Below, piece by piece: positions 51,401 through 64,000 of a stretch of DNA of 64,000 nt. Each line of letters opens with the position of its first letter. The first letter of the stretch is position 1. The position numbers and the translations under genes were made by a program. Below the pieces are notes generated by a model, which made no database searches, was not told the DNA's origin, and saw only the letters and a program-made list of their open reading frames with translations. This DNA comes from Tubiluchus corallicola (taxonomy: Eukaryota > Animalia > Priapulida). The DNA lies in the NCBI GenBank assembly GCA_030141605.1, contig JAQGDQ010001055.1:1-64000 (forward strand), read 5' to 3'.

Positions 51401-54400
51401 AATTTTTCAATTTAAGAATGTAAAAATGGATGATTCTTAGAGCTGCCGCTGACCGAAATACAATTTGTGATTTCATCAAATTCTGATTGCTATAATGTTA
51501 GCGTCTGCAAACTTTCTTGATAGTAATTGCTGCTCGTAATTTTATTTATAGTGCAAAAGGTCCATACATGGACATACAATAACAAAAATAATTGTATAAG
51601 AATATTGCTATTAGAAAACAGTTTCAGTCTTAGACAAGTATTGAACGAGTTAAAATTATTCTGGTGTTTCAAAGAAGTACAATGGATTAGGAAAATTCTT
51701 GTCCACCCCCTCGCTATTGTTTTATTTTCCTGTCTCTGAGAATTACCTATTCATTTAAGACTAATATTCTGGTTATAATGTTAGTATGCTTATTATGCTT
51801 ACAAACCACAATTAATTATAATTCCGGGATTGCAGATTCACACTAGAATCATCCTAGTGTGAGCGACCTAACATTGTAAATGCTGAATTTAGTTGCTAAA
51901 AGGGATGAGTGCCTTGATGACTGAAGAATGCGGTGGCCAGGTTGTCTAAGGCTTCTGCTTGTAAACAACTCTTGCTCAAGTCCAGGTTGTATTTTAACTT
52001 TTCACATTTTTCGACTTTCAACCTTGATACCAAATTACATTGTAAATTCTAAACGAAATTTCCTATTGTCTTCAAAATGGAAAACAGCAAGCAGGTAAAA
52101 AACAGTAGGTGTAAATTAACATACAGTGCTTGAACGTAATCTAGAAAAACTTTGCAATTAACAATTTCACACTTCAGCAAAAATTCAGCACACTTTTAAT
52201 TTACGGCTTCACCCATCAAATGTCAATAAAACAAAACTGAATTCGTTGTCAGACTGTGGGAGTCGCATTCTATACATGTATAAGAGAATAAAATAAATCA
52301 ACGGAGTAAGAAAGTCAACAAACAAGACAGCAAAAAACCGCCGTGTATAACTTTTAAAAGCCACGGTTATAAATACATCAGCAGAAGTAAAACAGCGTCA
52401 GTATTTGCTTTCAATCTTCCTCCAACATTTCTCTTGAGCAGACAGCTGAATCACAATATGGTTAGCATCAATGGCTTCCCAAGCTCCTTGGCTTCACAAA
52501 CTTGTGGATTTTGTCAAAATCATTTTAGAGATAGCAGGTAACTGGATAACTATACTGCATGTTAAAAGCATTAAAAAATTTTTAATAGGCCGCCAATTAT
52601 TTTTGAAGTTAGAATCAGTACTAGCAAGATGATGCAGATAAAGATAGGTGAAATCCGATGAAAAAGCTCTTAGATTAAAATCAACGCAATTTGCATCACA
52701 AAACACACAATATTTTTAACACACTAAAGTTCGCTGAGTATTTTTACAGCATAGTTATTTACTATTCTGATGGTTGTTAAGAAAAAATATCTTTGAGTCA
52801 ATGCTGTTATGTGAAATAGTGGTACTCTGGCCTTGTCTGGAATTCTCTACACATACATGTATTTCAACCTTGAATATCACCGCTTCTTGAACTTACATAC
52901 TTGACTGACCTGTTAATTATTTTTTCTTGCATATATGCCATTCTTACCCCTTTTTTTAGCTTTACCTACATGTATATAACACACCTATACAACAGCGTTT
53001 TTCTTTGTGATTACTTTCGACTTTATAAAGCATGACCGTGGAGTCAACCTTATGAGTATTGTATCTCCAATTCTGACTCTGACTGCGACCCCTACTTTCC
53101 TATAACTACTCAAATTAAGACCTATATTGTTACATTGATAGAAAACAAACTCTGATTTGTCCGGAATCTTAACTTAATGACTAATAAAAGTACCAGTGAA
53201 ATAGCATAATAACAAAAAAAATGTTTTCAAATAATTTTCGAACATGCTGTGTCCATCGCCAGTCAAGTCCAAGATCCATAATTTTCATTTTTATTTGACT
53301 ATCAATGGACGCAGAGTGTTCGAAAGCTATCAGATTAAATTTAAGATATTTTACATTTTCGTGTCACCTCATTGCTATTTTTATTAATTATTGATATTTT
53401 TGTGTTATCTCATTGTTATTTTTCTTAATTATTGATAAAAAAATTACCGATTTATTATTGACACTTCAGCATCCGAAACGGAAGTCATCAAGCTACTTTT
53501 TACTTATTTTTGGGATCCCAATCTATGTAATTGTAGCTATATTTCAAATGAGTTAAAAAAACTTGTTTACACTGCTTGCAAAGAAAATTTTAAATATATA
53601 GCTTACTTTTCCTATTTGCTATTTTAGCAAAATGCTGTGAAATGTAAGAAATCCATTGTAAAAAACACTGAACAGTGAACACTTTACCACTGTCCATGGT
53701 TAGCAAACACTACAAAATTTACTCAACACAAGATATTATCCTAATTCTGATGTTTATTAATTTAGGCTCTGATGATGGACTTTCTGTACTGATACTGGGT
53801 GGCAGCATGTTGTATTTTCAATAAGCTGAACACTTTATTAAAGAAATACTACTGTGTCACAAGAATGTGTTCGGGTTCTAATTTTCTTATTCAGAAATTT
53901 CTTATTTCTTAATTTTTATTAGCTTATTAAATGCTTTGATTTCACATTCCAGAATTTAAGATCTACACAGCCCTTAGTCACAAGAGTTATAAATATTTTA
54001 CCAAATTTCCCATAAGATTATAAATTTGTACGCCTCAGTTAATATCGCAGAGCAGTTCTGGGATAAGTTTATAAAAGCACAGTTTATCTTGCTCAAAAGA
54101 TGCTTTAATTTTTTGCATGCCCAGTACGTATTAGCAACAGCTGTGCCCAGAACCCCGAAGCCATGTGCCTATCTACTGTGGCATGCAGAAATCCTTTTTA
54201 CGAGCGTTACAAGCTTAAGCCCATTAGGCTTCAATGCACAAGGGAGACTCAGGCATGCCAAAATACAACGTGAAAACAAACTGAGCTACTTGTGATCAGG
54301 GTATTAAAAGTTGTTACAAAAGTTGAAGTAACTGGCAAAAAATTAAAATTAAAATTGGAATTCGATTTAAAAATCTTCATGTATTTAAAAGAGGCAACGG

Positions 54401-57400
54401 TTAGGATTGAAACTGTTTCCACAGGAAGGCAAAGCATCTGACAGCATTCAACGTGAAAAACTATTAATTCTACAGTGTGAAAAATCGCTTTTTTATGCTA
54501 CCAGAGCACTCTAAACTCAATGCCTTTTGTAAAAAGCTGTTTATAAAGCTATTTCACTGCATTCATGTGCTCAAGAAGGATGGCTAAGAAGCCAAAAACA
54601 GATGGCGCTCTAAGTCTGTGGAAACTGGCGAGCTTCTAAATTTGACCAAAAATTTAGCCCATGTGGCTTATGGCTGTATCAAGTTTCCAGTTTAAAAAAT
54701 TCAACTATTACTTACCGTTACGGGAGCAATTGAAACCCAAAACTTCAGCTTTCTATTTTCTCATATATCCTACAAAAAAGTAAAATCACAAGATGATATA
54801 AGGAGCAGAGAACATTTGGAGAAAAACACACTTCTTCAAAATTTATGAGTAAAAGGTATTTCCTGAGAAAAGAATATGGTCACTGAACATTTTCAACATA
54901 GACTTCTGACAAAAACAGCATGAAATTCAAGATGGTCTAAACAAAAGATCCACACATTTTTTGTCTAACTTAGCAAATGTGTGAAATAACAAATCATATA
55001 CGTCAACATTAAACAATGAACCTCTTACAATGATTATTGACTAAAATGGCTGCCTAACCTTACATCAGTAGCAAAAAATATATCTCAAATTAATGCTACG
55101 TCAAGGCAAGACAGAAAGGGAGGAAAAATATCATGTCAGCATTTCACCATGAATGATTATTAATGTAAGGCAGCTACTAGCTTAAAGAGGGGTTGCTTCA
55201 AAATTAATTTTTAAATTAATGCAACTAAAATCTCACTTTTTCAACATTTGTGTTAGACAATGTATTCAACCAAAGTACATATATTACATGGATAAGCTAT
55301 TCAGCAACCACTAGTGTTGACTAGACTCTACATAACAGTATATACATTACGTGGATGGTGTCTGATAGACGAAACCTAACTGGAAATGACATTGGGAGGA
55401 GATCATGCATGCAATAAGACCATTCGTAAGACATGCCTAATCTAACCAACAGGGCAAGAAGATAAGCAGACATGACATATGGCGATTTGCACTGTAACGA
55501 GGAATGGATGAAAATATGCCTTTATTTCTATGTTTTCAATTTCACATCATACACATGTAAGAAAGTGAAGATATCTTGCAAAATTTAATGTGGTATGTAA
55601 TTTGGAAATCTTAATTTCAATAGAAACAGAATAGACACAACAGCCACAGATTGTCATAGTTTTACTGATGGCAAACAACTATCACTCTGAATGTTTTGAC
55701 ATTTTTCCTATGCATGCTTCTGTGAACACAATATGACAATGACATAAGAACAATGCCAAAACATCATACTGATTGTCTTCTCAGTGACTGTTGTGATATT
55801 TTATTTCTGTTGAAAATTTACATGAATCTGTTTTCACTGTTCAGATGTAAACAAATATTTAATATTTTACATTTAGGCCAGTAAGATCACTACAAGAGTA
55901 TATACCAGTAATATATAAGCTAATAAAATACAAGAATTTGTCTTGTTGTGCAGCATACTCATTTCAAAAATAAATAGCGCGGTACAGCAAAAGTTAAATT
56001 CACAGTCTTAAAGAATAAATGTAGAGCAACATGAAGATGACATTAGTTTCTGAACTGAATTCTGTATTTTTTCAGTCTAAAAGAACAAGTATATATAGCA
56101 ACACTGTCTTTTTTCTAAATTTCTAGTTTCGTCCAACTATCATTAAAGGCAATAAAAAAGCATGTGCTCAACTTATGGCTCGACATAAAAACTACTGAAT
56201 ATATTGTATATATTTAATAATAATAATAAAAACTACAAATCCTAGCAATTGTAACACTGACATTTACAAACTTATCGAAAAGCAAAAGAAATTGCAAGAT
56301 AGAATGTTTTGCAAAATTAGCATTACTTATAAGAAAGCTATTAGAAATTTCCCAGATCAATTTAGGGAAGAATGCTGGGTGTCTAGTACAGATTAACACA
56401 GCGGACAATTACACGGAACTGGCTAAATAAACTAAACTAAATCAACAAATTTCTGTTTTCTTGGCCATTTTTTACGCTGGTGCTTTTGAATGATAACTGT
56501 TTGACTTTTTTCGCGCCAGATTAAACAAATATGCAGACGCCATCTTCCAAGTTCTAAATTCCTTGCACTTGAGTTCACAAGCAGTCACACTACCACTTGG
56601 CAGTATCAAAGCATATCACTTTCATCATTACAAAGTTATTGAAGCAATTTTGAGGTCGGTGCTTCTGAAAGACATGCCGAAAATTTATACAAATTATATA
56701 AAAAGCACATGTAGGAGCAATCTTGAAAGCAAGTTACTGAGCCACTTGTAGATCACCTAATAATTGTCCAAAACAGATTATCATTTTGGCAGTTGCTGTG
56801 TAAAATGCACAAATGCATGAACGCAAAATGCATTTGCAACAGATATAACAGCAGACTTTGGGAAGCAACCATAGATCAAATTATTAATTTTCATCTCTAA
56901 ATAAATTGTATTTGTTAGATTTTTCAGCAAGAGAATGACGCCAAAGAAAAACTAATTATTGATAAACTGCTTATCACATAACAACGTCAAACGACGTGCT
57001 TTGAGATGTCTTGCTTTATCAACTGTCTAATCTAAATACTGAAAAACACTACACTGTTAATATTCTAATCCATTCATGCTTTATCCTCTACTACAAAATT
57101 TAATGACTAATTACCAAACATTTTCCTTCGATGAACTATCTTTAATAAGATAGCTTTAAAAACGTTGCAGTGAAAACTACATACGGATTGTATGTTGCAT
57201 ATATAATTATTAAGCCAGCAGTAGAATAAGGACTCAGAATTTAAGTGCACATTCCACTTATTGCCATAATATTAAAATGCAAGAATCAATTGCATTTATA
57301 ATTGTTGGCAAAAGAATGAATATTATGATGTAGAAAATTAGTTTACTGATTAAGAAAAATATAAAACAGAGAAAGTAGAAATTGTACATGAATAGTACAT

Positions 57401-58747
57401 AAAATGACAGCTAATTCCAGTGTTCTTAGTATTTGAAATTAAATCTTAGATCTTCAAATCTTAGAAGTCTATTTTTGGCAAATAATAAAAATACAGATGT
57501 TTTTATTTCTTGCTGAACACATTTTAAAGTGAAACAAAAGATTAATTTGATGAAAGAGAAAAACACTTGTAAGGAAAATACTGAGGGCAAACAATATTTG
57601 CAAAAATTTGGTTTACTCTCCAGGGCAAGTAAGGCAAATAGCTGGCTCAAATTTTTAAATTTCAATACCCTTAATACTTTTAAGAGAAAACAACACAAAA
57701 AGCACACAGAAAACATGATGATATGGCCATAATCACTCAATCTATAACTTCATATTTGTAATGAAGGCTTAAATTCTATATACGCTAGTGGTTAATAACT
57801 TTAATCATGTGCAAAACAACATTTTATATCATAAAACACCATAAAAACTACTACTATGCCCCATACAAGTATTTTTCAGTGAATCAGCACAAGTTGTATA
57901 ATTGTTATAATTTAATTTAAATACTAACTGTGTAGCACTAAAAACTTTCTTTACTTCAGCTATTACAATTAGCAATTCTCAACTTTTGTTGTTTAAAATC
58001 CATTGCTTGTGTAAAAAATAGGTAATGCTTATACTATTACAATCAATATGCAATCCAAAAACTGGCATTTCATTTTTTATTTAAACATCAATGTTACTTT
58101 TTCCTTTATAAGACAGCAGATTATATGACCTAAAAATTTAGTTTTCTATTGTTATACTGCCACGCTCACCACTGTCATTATTTATGTTTTATTACAGTAA
58201 AGTCAGTATTTATATTAAGATACAGACAAAAACAAATGAAGATAAAAAATGTAATAGCAAAATTATATTGAATAACTTTTTTATGCTCTTCTAAAGGATT
58301 ACTTACAATAAAACGTTCCAAAGAACTCAAGCCTACTACACTCGGCCGTACAAATGTAATACCATCATCGATCTTCAGTTTAGCTACAGAAAAAACTACC
58401 TAAATCAGTAAATGTGTTGTGTAAAAATATGTGTCAGGTTCCGTAACTTCAAAAGCGTAAAAACGCTAGATGACATCAGAGGTACAATGCAAAACATGTA
58501 CTTCCAACCGTAAAACGCCGAAACAGAGTTCAAACTATAAGCTTTACTGCTGTACCGTAAGCTAAACCTTGCACTTGACGGACAACTGTTAAATACAATA
58601 ATTTTATTATCAAAGCATTAGTAATCTTGTTACGATGGACAGCGCAAAGTACTTACCGATAAAAAGTATGTCATTTAGCAAGTAAAATAAAAGTAGTGCA
58701 CGTAATAACTATATCCACAATAAAAACATTTTACAATTTAAACATAC

Positions 58748-58865
58748 TTAACGAAACAAACAGCTCAACAACGTAAACCTATTTTCTCTGTAACCGACGC
58801 GCGCTCCATCTACTTCCTGTACGACGAAAAATGTCAAATTTTGACGTTTTACTGCCATCTCTTGA
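58748..58865 (-). promoter_or_regulatory. Candidate promoter and non-coding first exon of the ZO-1 gene
   Basis: Local CpG cluster (CGACGCGCGC), CAGGAAGT (ETS-like) and AGATGGCA motifs on the minus strand, then a donor AA|GTATGT at 58747. The ZO-1 exon containing the ATG starts at an acceptor (35040-35041), so an upstream exon must exist. Assigning it here is inference. Confidence 0.35.
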
Positions 58866-60345
58866 CAAATCCACAACAAAATTAAAGTGATATTGGGATA
58901 ATAACACATAGATATTTATAATTATTATTACTGTGGGATAACACCAAAACAAGAACTACTGCACACATTACATGATTACACAATCATAAAAAAATTGATG
59001 TATGGGCAAGATAACATGCTGTTATAATTTGTTTTAAAATTAATTTAGCTCTGCAAACTTTGTTGCAGCGCTTCACAAGATGCCAGTCACAAAGCTGACG
59101 TTAAGCTGTCTACCAAACTTAAAATATTGCTCTTGATAATGAGGTATATATTTTTAATGTCTGAGAAATATTTTTAGCACAGTAAAAGAAATTCACCAAA
59201 ACAATATACATCATTTTTTACTTTATTACATTTCTGCATAAGTTCGGGAAGAATATTTTATCAGTGTGGTGAAATAAATTTAACTGGGTAGCCCCTAGCA
59301 TATTTTAAATATTGCTCAACAAGCACATTTATAAAAAAATTTACAGTTACTAATTGGCCATTTCAATTTTGTTGACAACTTTTTCAGAAGCTATTTTTAT
59401 CTCATGCAAATGTGTGCAGCTGTAACATGCAGTGCGCAGCTTTAACATTAATATTGGAAGCTTTGGGATAAATCAGAGTGCCGATTTGGGATTAATATAC
59501 TACCGATTTATGAACATCAGATTGAAAATAACTTTTTGCAAAACGTATAGGTAATTAAATTTCCTACAATGCACTCATTACATTGGACAAATCATAATTT
59601 TATAAAGTCAAAGTCAATGAAAAATCTATCTGATCCAACAAACTCTAAAATTTAATAATCACAGCCAAACTTCTTCATACCACCTACTTTGGGACATCAA
59701 AGAAATTGGCATTACAACCAGTTTCACATTAATAACAAGGTGCATTAATACATATGTCTAAGCAAGTATACATATTTTGTTTTGTAAAAAATTTTGGCGT
59801 TAAGCGAGGTTGGCATTATAAAGGGAGCATTATAGCAAGGCTTGACTACAATAAAAATTAAAGACAGAACGTGTTACTTGCTTATGCTTTTGGGTTGTTT
59901 TATTAAATATTTCTTATACTGCCTAGCTTATTATTAGCGCTGCATTATTCACATAACCTTAACCTGTGGTTGCTCATTTGTTTTTTGCTCATCTGGGAGC
60001 AAAAAATTACAAAAGATAAATCCATTTAAGTGTCTGCTTGATAAATAATCAGCTACCACGGTGTCATAAATTCTGAATTGGAGATGTTTATTATACCTGT
60101 ACTCAAATAAGCCACACTTAATTCTCCGTTAAGGTCAACTCTGATAAATGTTAGACAACTGAAAAATATAAATGAATAATAATATGTAAAAGTTAATTCT
60201 GAGCGATAAAGAACAAAAACAATGTCAGGATTATGTTCTCTGGAAATTTATTATTATGTTATGTACACATTAACCATTATCATTACCAATATTGTAAAAA
60301 TTCCATTTCTGTGTTTTATTGGCTTCTAGTATTCACCACTATGCA

Positions 60346-61710
60346 TCACCTAATGTCACTCTCTGGAGCTTGTTTATGAGCAAGATATAGAAACACTATA
60401 CTTGAAAGTGCACTAACAAGAAATATCACATCAAACCAACGGTGATAAAAGTTAAACTGCAAGTCACCGAGCACTTCCGTTATGATAGAACGGTATTCGG
60501 GCGGCATGTTCATTCTCATAAGCAGCACCGACGAAACAAAGTACATGCCCATAATCTGAGCTAGTGCGAGAACTATGATGTTCGATGATCGGCTACTCGA
60601 TATGGCATAAAAAAACTTCGTTAGTGTAATGAGAAGCCCACGAATTGACGTCACCACAATAATTCCTACCAAAATGAACGATATGTGCTGAGACCAAAAC
60701 TTTACATCAAATTGGATACCCAGATAATCGACCGCAATCTCAAAACCACGTGTTATGGGATCTTTTTTTCCGACACGATTAAAAATGATGTTGATGGTTG
60801 CCATAAATATCTTGTAAGAACAGTAGAGGGAGAAGAAGTAACCGAGGAAGTTGTACCAGCGACCTTTAAGCGTTTTTGAGTACTCTATGCGTTCGCGCAT
60901 GTTGTGCATATCGGAAACTTCCAGAAAGAGTTGTCGGCTCAACTCCTCGAGAGTAAGTATTTCCTGTTGAAGGAGGCTCGTGTTCTCTCCTGATCGCATG
61001 GAAGCAGCATTTTTCAGCATCCCCCATATGCCTCCAGCAACTGAACTTGTGGCACTTGACTTTAACAGTTCTCTCTTTGCCAAGGCAATTCTCTTCTTCT
61101 TTACCAAAATGATGTCCATTGTCTGTGTTAGTTTTCTCTCTAAACTTTCAATATCTTTATCAGAAACATGCTGTACAAAGTACGACATGTATGTATACGG
61201 ACAGTTAACTGCTCCAAATCCAGACAATAAAGCCATTAGTGTTACCCCTATAACACCTACACGACTTATGCCTTGCTCGATGGAAAGTATTCCATGTTTT
61301 GGACTTAGTATGGGAAAAGGATCTCCTATTTTCCAAAAAAAATAAATGAAGGTTGCCCATATTATGAAAGTCAGCCAGTAAACGAGCTTACGTTTCACAA
61401 ATCGGATATTACTGACGATGTAGTAAGCAATGTAGAAGGGAAGCAGCACAATAACACTGCAAAGCATTAAGTACAAACCCAGTTTCCAATGAAAATAACG
61501 TGATCCGGAGTCCAAAAACCCAAGAATTTCAAAAATTATCAATTCGAACATTGTACATGATAGAGAAAAGGTAGCAGAAAAGAGTAACTGAACGGTGCGA
61601 TGGTGAATTTCATAGTCCTTGAACAGTTGTTTGACAAAGAAAACCCAACCCCCAACAAAGAAAAGTACTTGTGTGAATAACATCAATGCTGTGTCAAACA
61701 AAAGTCCCAT
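60346..61710 (-). CDS. GPR89: Golgi pH regulator (GPR89/GPHR), 454 aa, single coding exon
   Basis: Hallmark segments LFKDYE, LSCTMFELIIFEILG, FFWKIGDPFPILSPKHGILSIEQGISRVGVIGVTLMALLSGFGAVN, DVKFWSQHISF and LQFNFYHRWFDVIFLVSALSS. Multi-pass hydrophobic pattern. Acceptor TTTCAG at 61792-61793 lies upstream of the ATG. Confidence 0.96.
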   Translation of the reverse strand: MGLLFDTALMLFTQVLFFVGGWVFFVKQLFKDYEIHHRTVQLLFSATFSLSCTMFELIIFEILGFLDSGSRYFHWKLGLYLMLCSVIVLLPFYIAYYIVSNIRFVKRKLVYWLTFIIWATFIYFFWKIGDPFPILSPKHGILSIEQGISRVGVIGVTLMALLSGFGAVNCPYTYMSYFVQHVSDKDIESLERKLTQTMDIILVKKKRIALAKRELLKSSATSSVAGGIWGMLKNAASMRSGENTSLLQQEILTLEELSRQLFLEVSDMHNMRERIEYSKTLKGRWYNFLGYFFSLYCSYKIFMATINIIFNRVGKKDPITRGFEIAVDYLGIQFDVKFWSQHISFILVGIIVVTSIRGLLITLTKFFYAISSSRSSNIIVLALAQIMGMYFVSSVLLMRMNMPPEYRSIITEVLGDLQFNFYHRWFDVIFLVSALSSIVFLYLAHKQAPESDIR

Positions 61711-63425
61711 CCTGCTACTTTCTATGTTTCTCTAGCTTGTTTTAATGTTTCTATAGCAATGAACTGCGTGCATTAAGTATGCATCTTAGACCTGAAATAC
61801 AAAAGTACACTATTTAGTTTCAAAAATAATAATTTAATAAGTCCACTGAAAAACAAAATACGGTAAATGCATAGGTATGAATGCTGCGTATGCGCAAAGA
61901 CAGATTGCTAGGCAAACAATGGGTGCCGTGATGTGCAATACAAAAACTAACTTTGACTAACACACTTTTGAAATATTGTTCGATATGCAACCAAGTAATC
62001 TCTCTCTGCACACATATGACATGTAAATCAATATGACAGCAGCTTTAGAAATTTAATTGTGAGGTTACAATTTCTGAGGTTACAAAGTTTCAGGTTTCGT
62101 AATTTTAAATATGATTTAATGGTATCAGCCCACCTCCACTGGGTACATGAGTAGTACTGGTACATTACCTATAAAAAATCAACTATGCCTGCCACTTCAA
62201 GACTACCCCAATTGCTAAGCTGTTCCATTCTCAATAGTTTATTGAACAGTAAGAAATAGTAACAATATGAAATGCAGTCTTGATGTAAACCACGGGGTTG
62301 AATTTACCATCGATTTTAGGCTTATATTTTGTTTCCAGATTTTTCGTATGAATGAACGCAAAGATGCATATAATTTATCAAACTTTTTATCTAAAAAAAT
62401 TTTCATAAAATACAAGACAAAGGAGAGTGAGGTGGATAAAGGAAACTAAAGAAGGTAAATTTACAGAAAAATAAAACATATTTATTGAAATAGCCATCAA
62501 GAATACAGAACACGAGAAAGAACTTTCACCGAATGTGGTCTCTTCGAAGGATTATCATTAAATTTATGCTTTTAATGCTGCATACTCATTATACAGTCAT
62601 TATTATTTTAGCTTAATGGTAGGTACCTTATCATTTAAGACAATTTACCTTTTAACCATTTAAAACAAATTACCATTTAACACAATTATCTTATTCTCTC
62701 TGTCACTTGCCTGTTACTATTGTCCATGGGCCTGTTTTACAGGTTCCTGGTCATGAATATGTACAAGCAAAGGCTCATTGAACAACTTCACACCAGCAGA
62801 CTGAAAAATAAATAGTAAAATAATAGCAATGCACAGTAAGCAGCTGGCTTTTTAAGGCAAGCGTTTACGAGTGGCAAATTAATAACAGCAGACTTATGGG
62901 TGGGTGTTATACACAAGTACCAGGAGGCTTATCTGTTTGCAGACATTATAAAAAATGCTGTTTCAAATCATGAAGGCATTAAGCCAACCCCCTAAAAGTT
63001 AAAAAATGTGCAGTCAAGGTTTTGGGCTGCTACACTGTTTAAGACAACACTATGTGGGACGTTTGCTCTCATTCGTCAACCCAGCGTAATGTGGCACCGC
63101 GTACTACATTGTCTTGTACAACTTCGTCATGTACTGCGCTGCATATATCATATACCAAAATGATGTATGGCCCAAAAAATTAACAATTATATCAAAAACA
63201 TTTTACATCATACTTATTCAACAATTAGTTTATCCGAGGAAAGGGGAAGAGCCAACTCAGTTAAACCACTGTGAATAGTAATCACAAAAGGCAAGATTCA
63301 GATTCCGACTCATTTTTTTTCCCACATAGTAATTGTCAATTTATAATAAAGAATGTAAACTCATATCAAAGACATTTAAGGTTGAAGAAGAACTGACATA
63401 TAGAATCAACCGCCTTTAAACTTAC

Positions 63426-63511
63426 TTTCAGGACCGAAAAACTTCATGGACATAGTCCACGGGACACCATTTCTGGCAACAGAACACGAATTTCCACTTG
63501 AAATATTTTTC
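63426..63511 (-). other. Candidate 86-nt 5' UTR exon of GPR89 containing upstream ATGs
   Basis: Strong acceptor ATTTTCAG| and donor AAA|GTAAGT. A second candidate exon starts at 62800 (TATTTTTCAG|). Linkage to GPR89 is inferred from strand and position. Confidence 0.45.
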
Positions 63512-64000
63512 CTGAAAATTTTAACAGAAAAAGCTAGATGTTTTCCTCTCTTTATTGACAAAGATTCCACATTCTAATACTTACAAAACTTGCAATTAGA
63601 TATTATTTAGAGGTAATAATTTTTTCCGCACGCATGTATATACTGCCATTTGTCCCTATGTACTCAAACACTTCCACTAATAAAACGATTTGACATTGGC
63701 AGAACTTGGCAGTGGTACAATGTTTGTTCAAGCGTCCGTGGATGTGTAGTTATATTGTGGACTATTTAGTTCTATAAATGGGCATTCTATGAAAATAAGG
63801 TTTACTGGGCTAAACTTCTTGGCCTTGCCAGCCTGCAGTATTAAAATTTCGTAAGTTTTAAACTGTTACCTTATTGGTTACCTGACTGGAGGATTTGTGG
63901 CTTCAAATTACAATTACCCTAGCAACTGATCTTGCGATATAGCCACCAATCAGTGGCTAGTGTCATAGAAAGTTCACAGTTTAATTACGTTTTACATTCA

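Overview
AT-rich, intron-containing animal DNA, probably from a protostome invertebrate (inferred from the ZO-1/Polychaetoid PDZ1 sequence and the transposon types). I reconstructed four host genes by hand: mitochondrial Obg GTPase MTG2/GTPBP5 (- strand, single-exon CDS); an effector caspase-3/7-like gene (+ strand, 6 coding exons, 307 aa); ZO-1/Polychaetoid (- strand, 11 coding exons, about 1553 aa, PDZ1-3/SH3/GuK/ZU5, probably with a ~24 kb 5' intron); and Golgi pH regulator GPR89 (- strand, single-exon CDS with candidate spliced 5' UTR). The most notable item is a near-intact CR1/L2-group LINE at ~954-4525. Its ORF carries a virus-like 2A (StopGo) motif, AGIETNPG|P, just ahead of the APE endonuclease, and its four frameshifts can each be repaired by adding one A to an A-run. 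Introns and intergenic DNA hold hAT, pogo, piggyBac-like and Harbinger-like MITEs, a deleted Tc1/mariner element, a THAP-domain fossil, RTE fossils, minisatellites and a decayed hammerhead-like motif. I recognised no rRNA, tRNA or CRISPR array. All coordinates were read by eye and no database searches were run.
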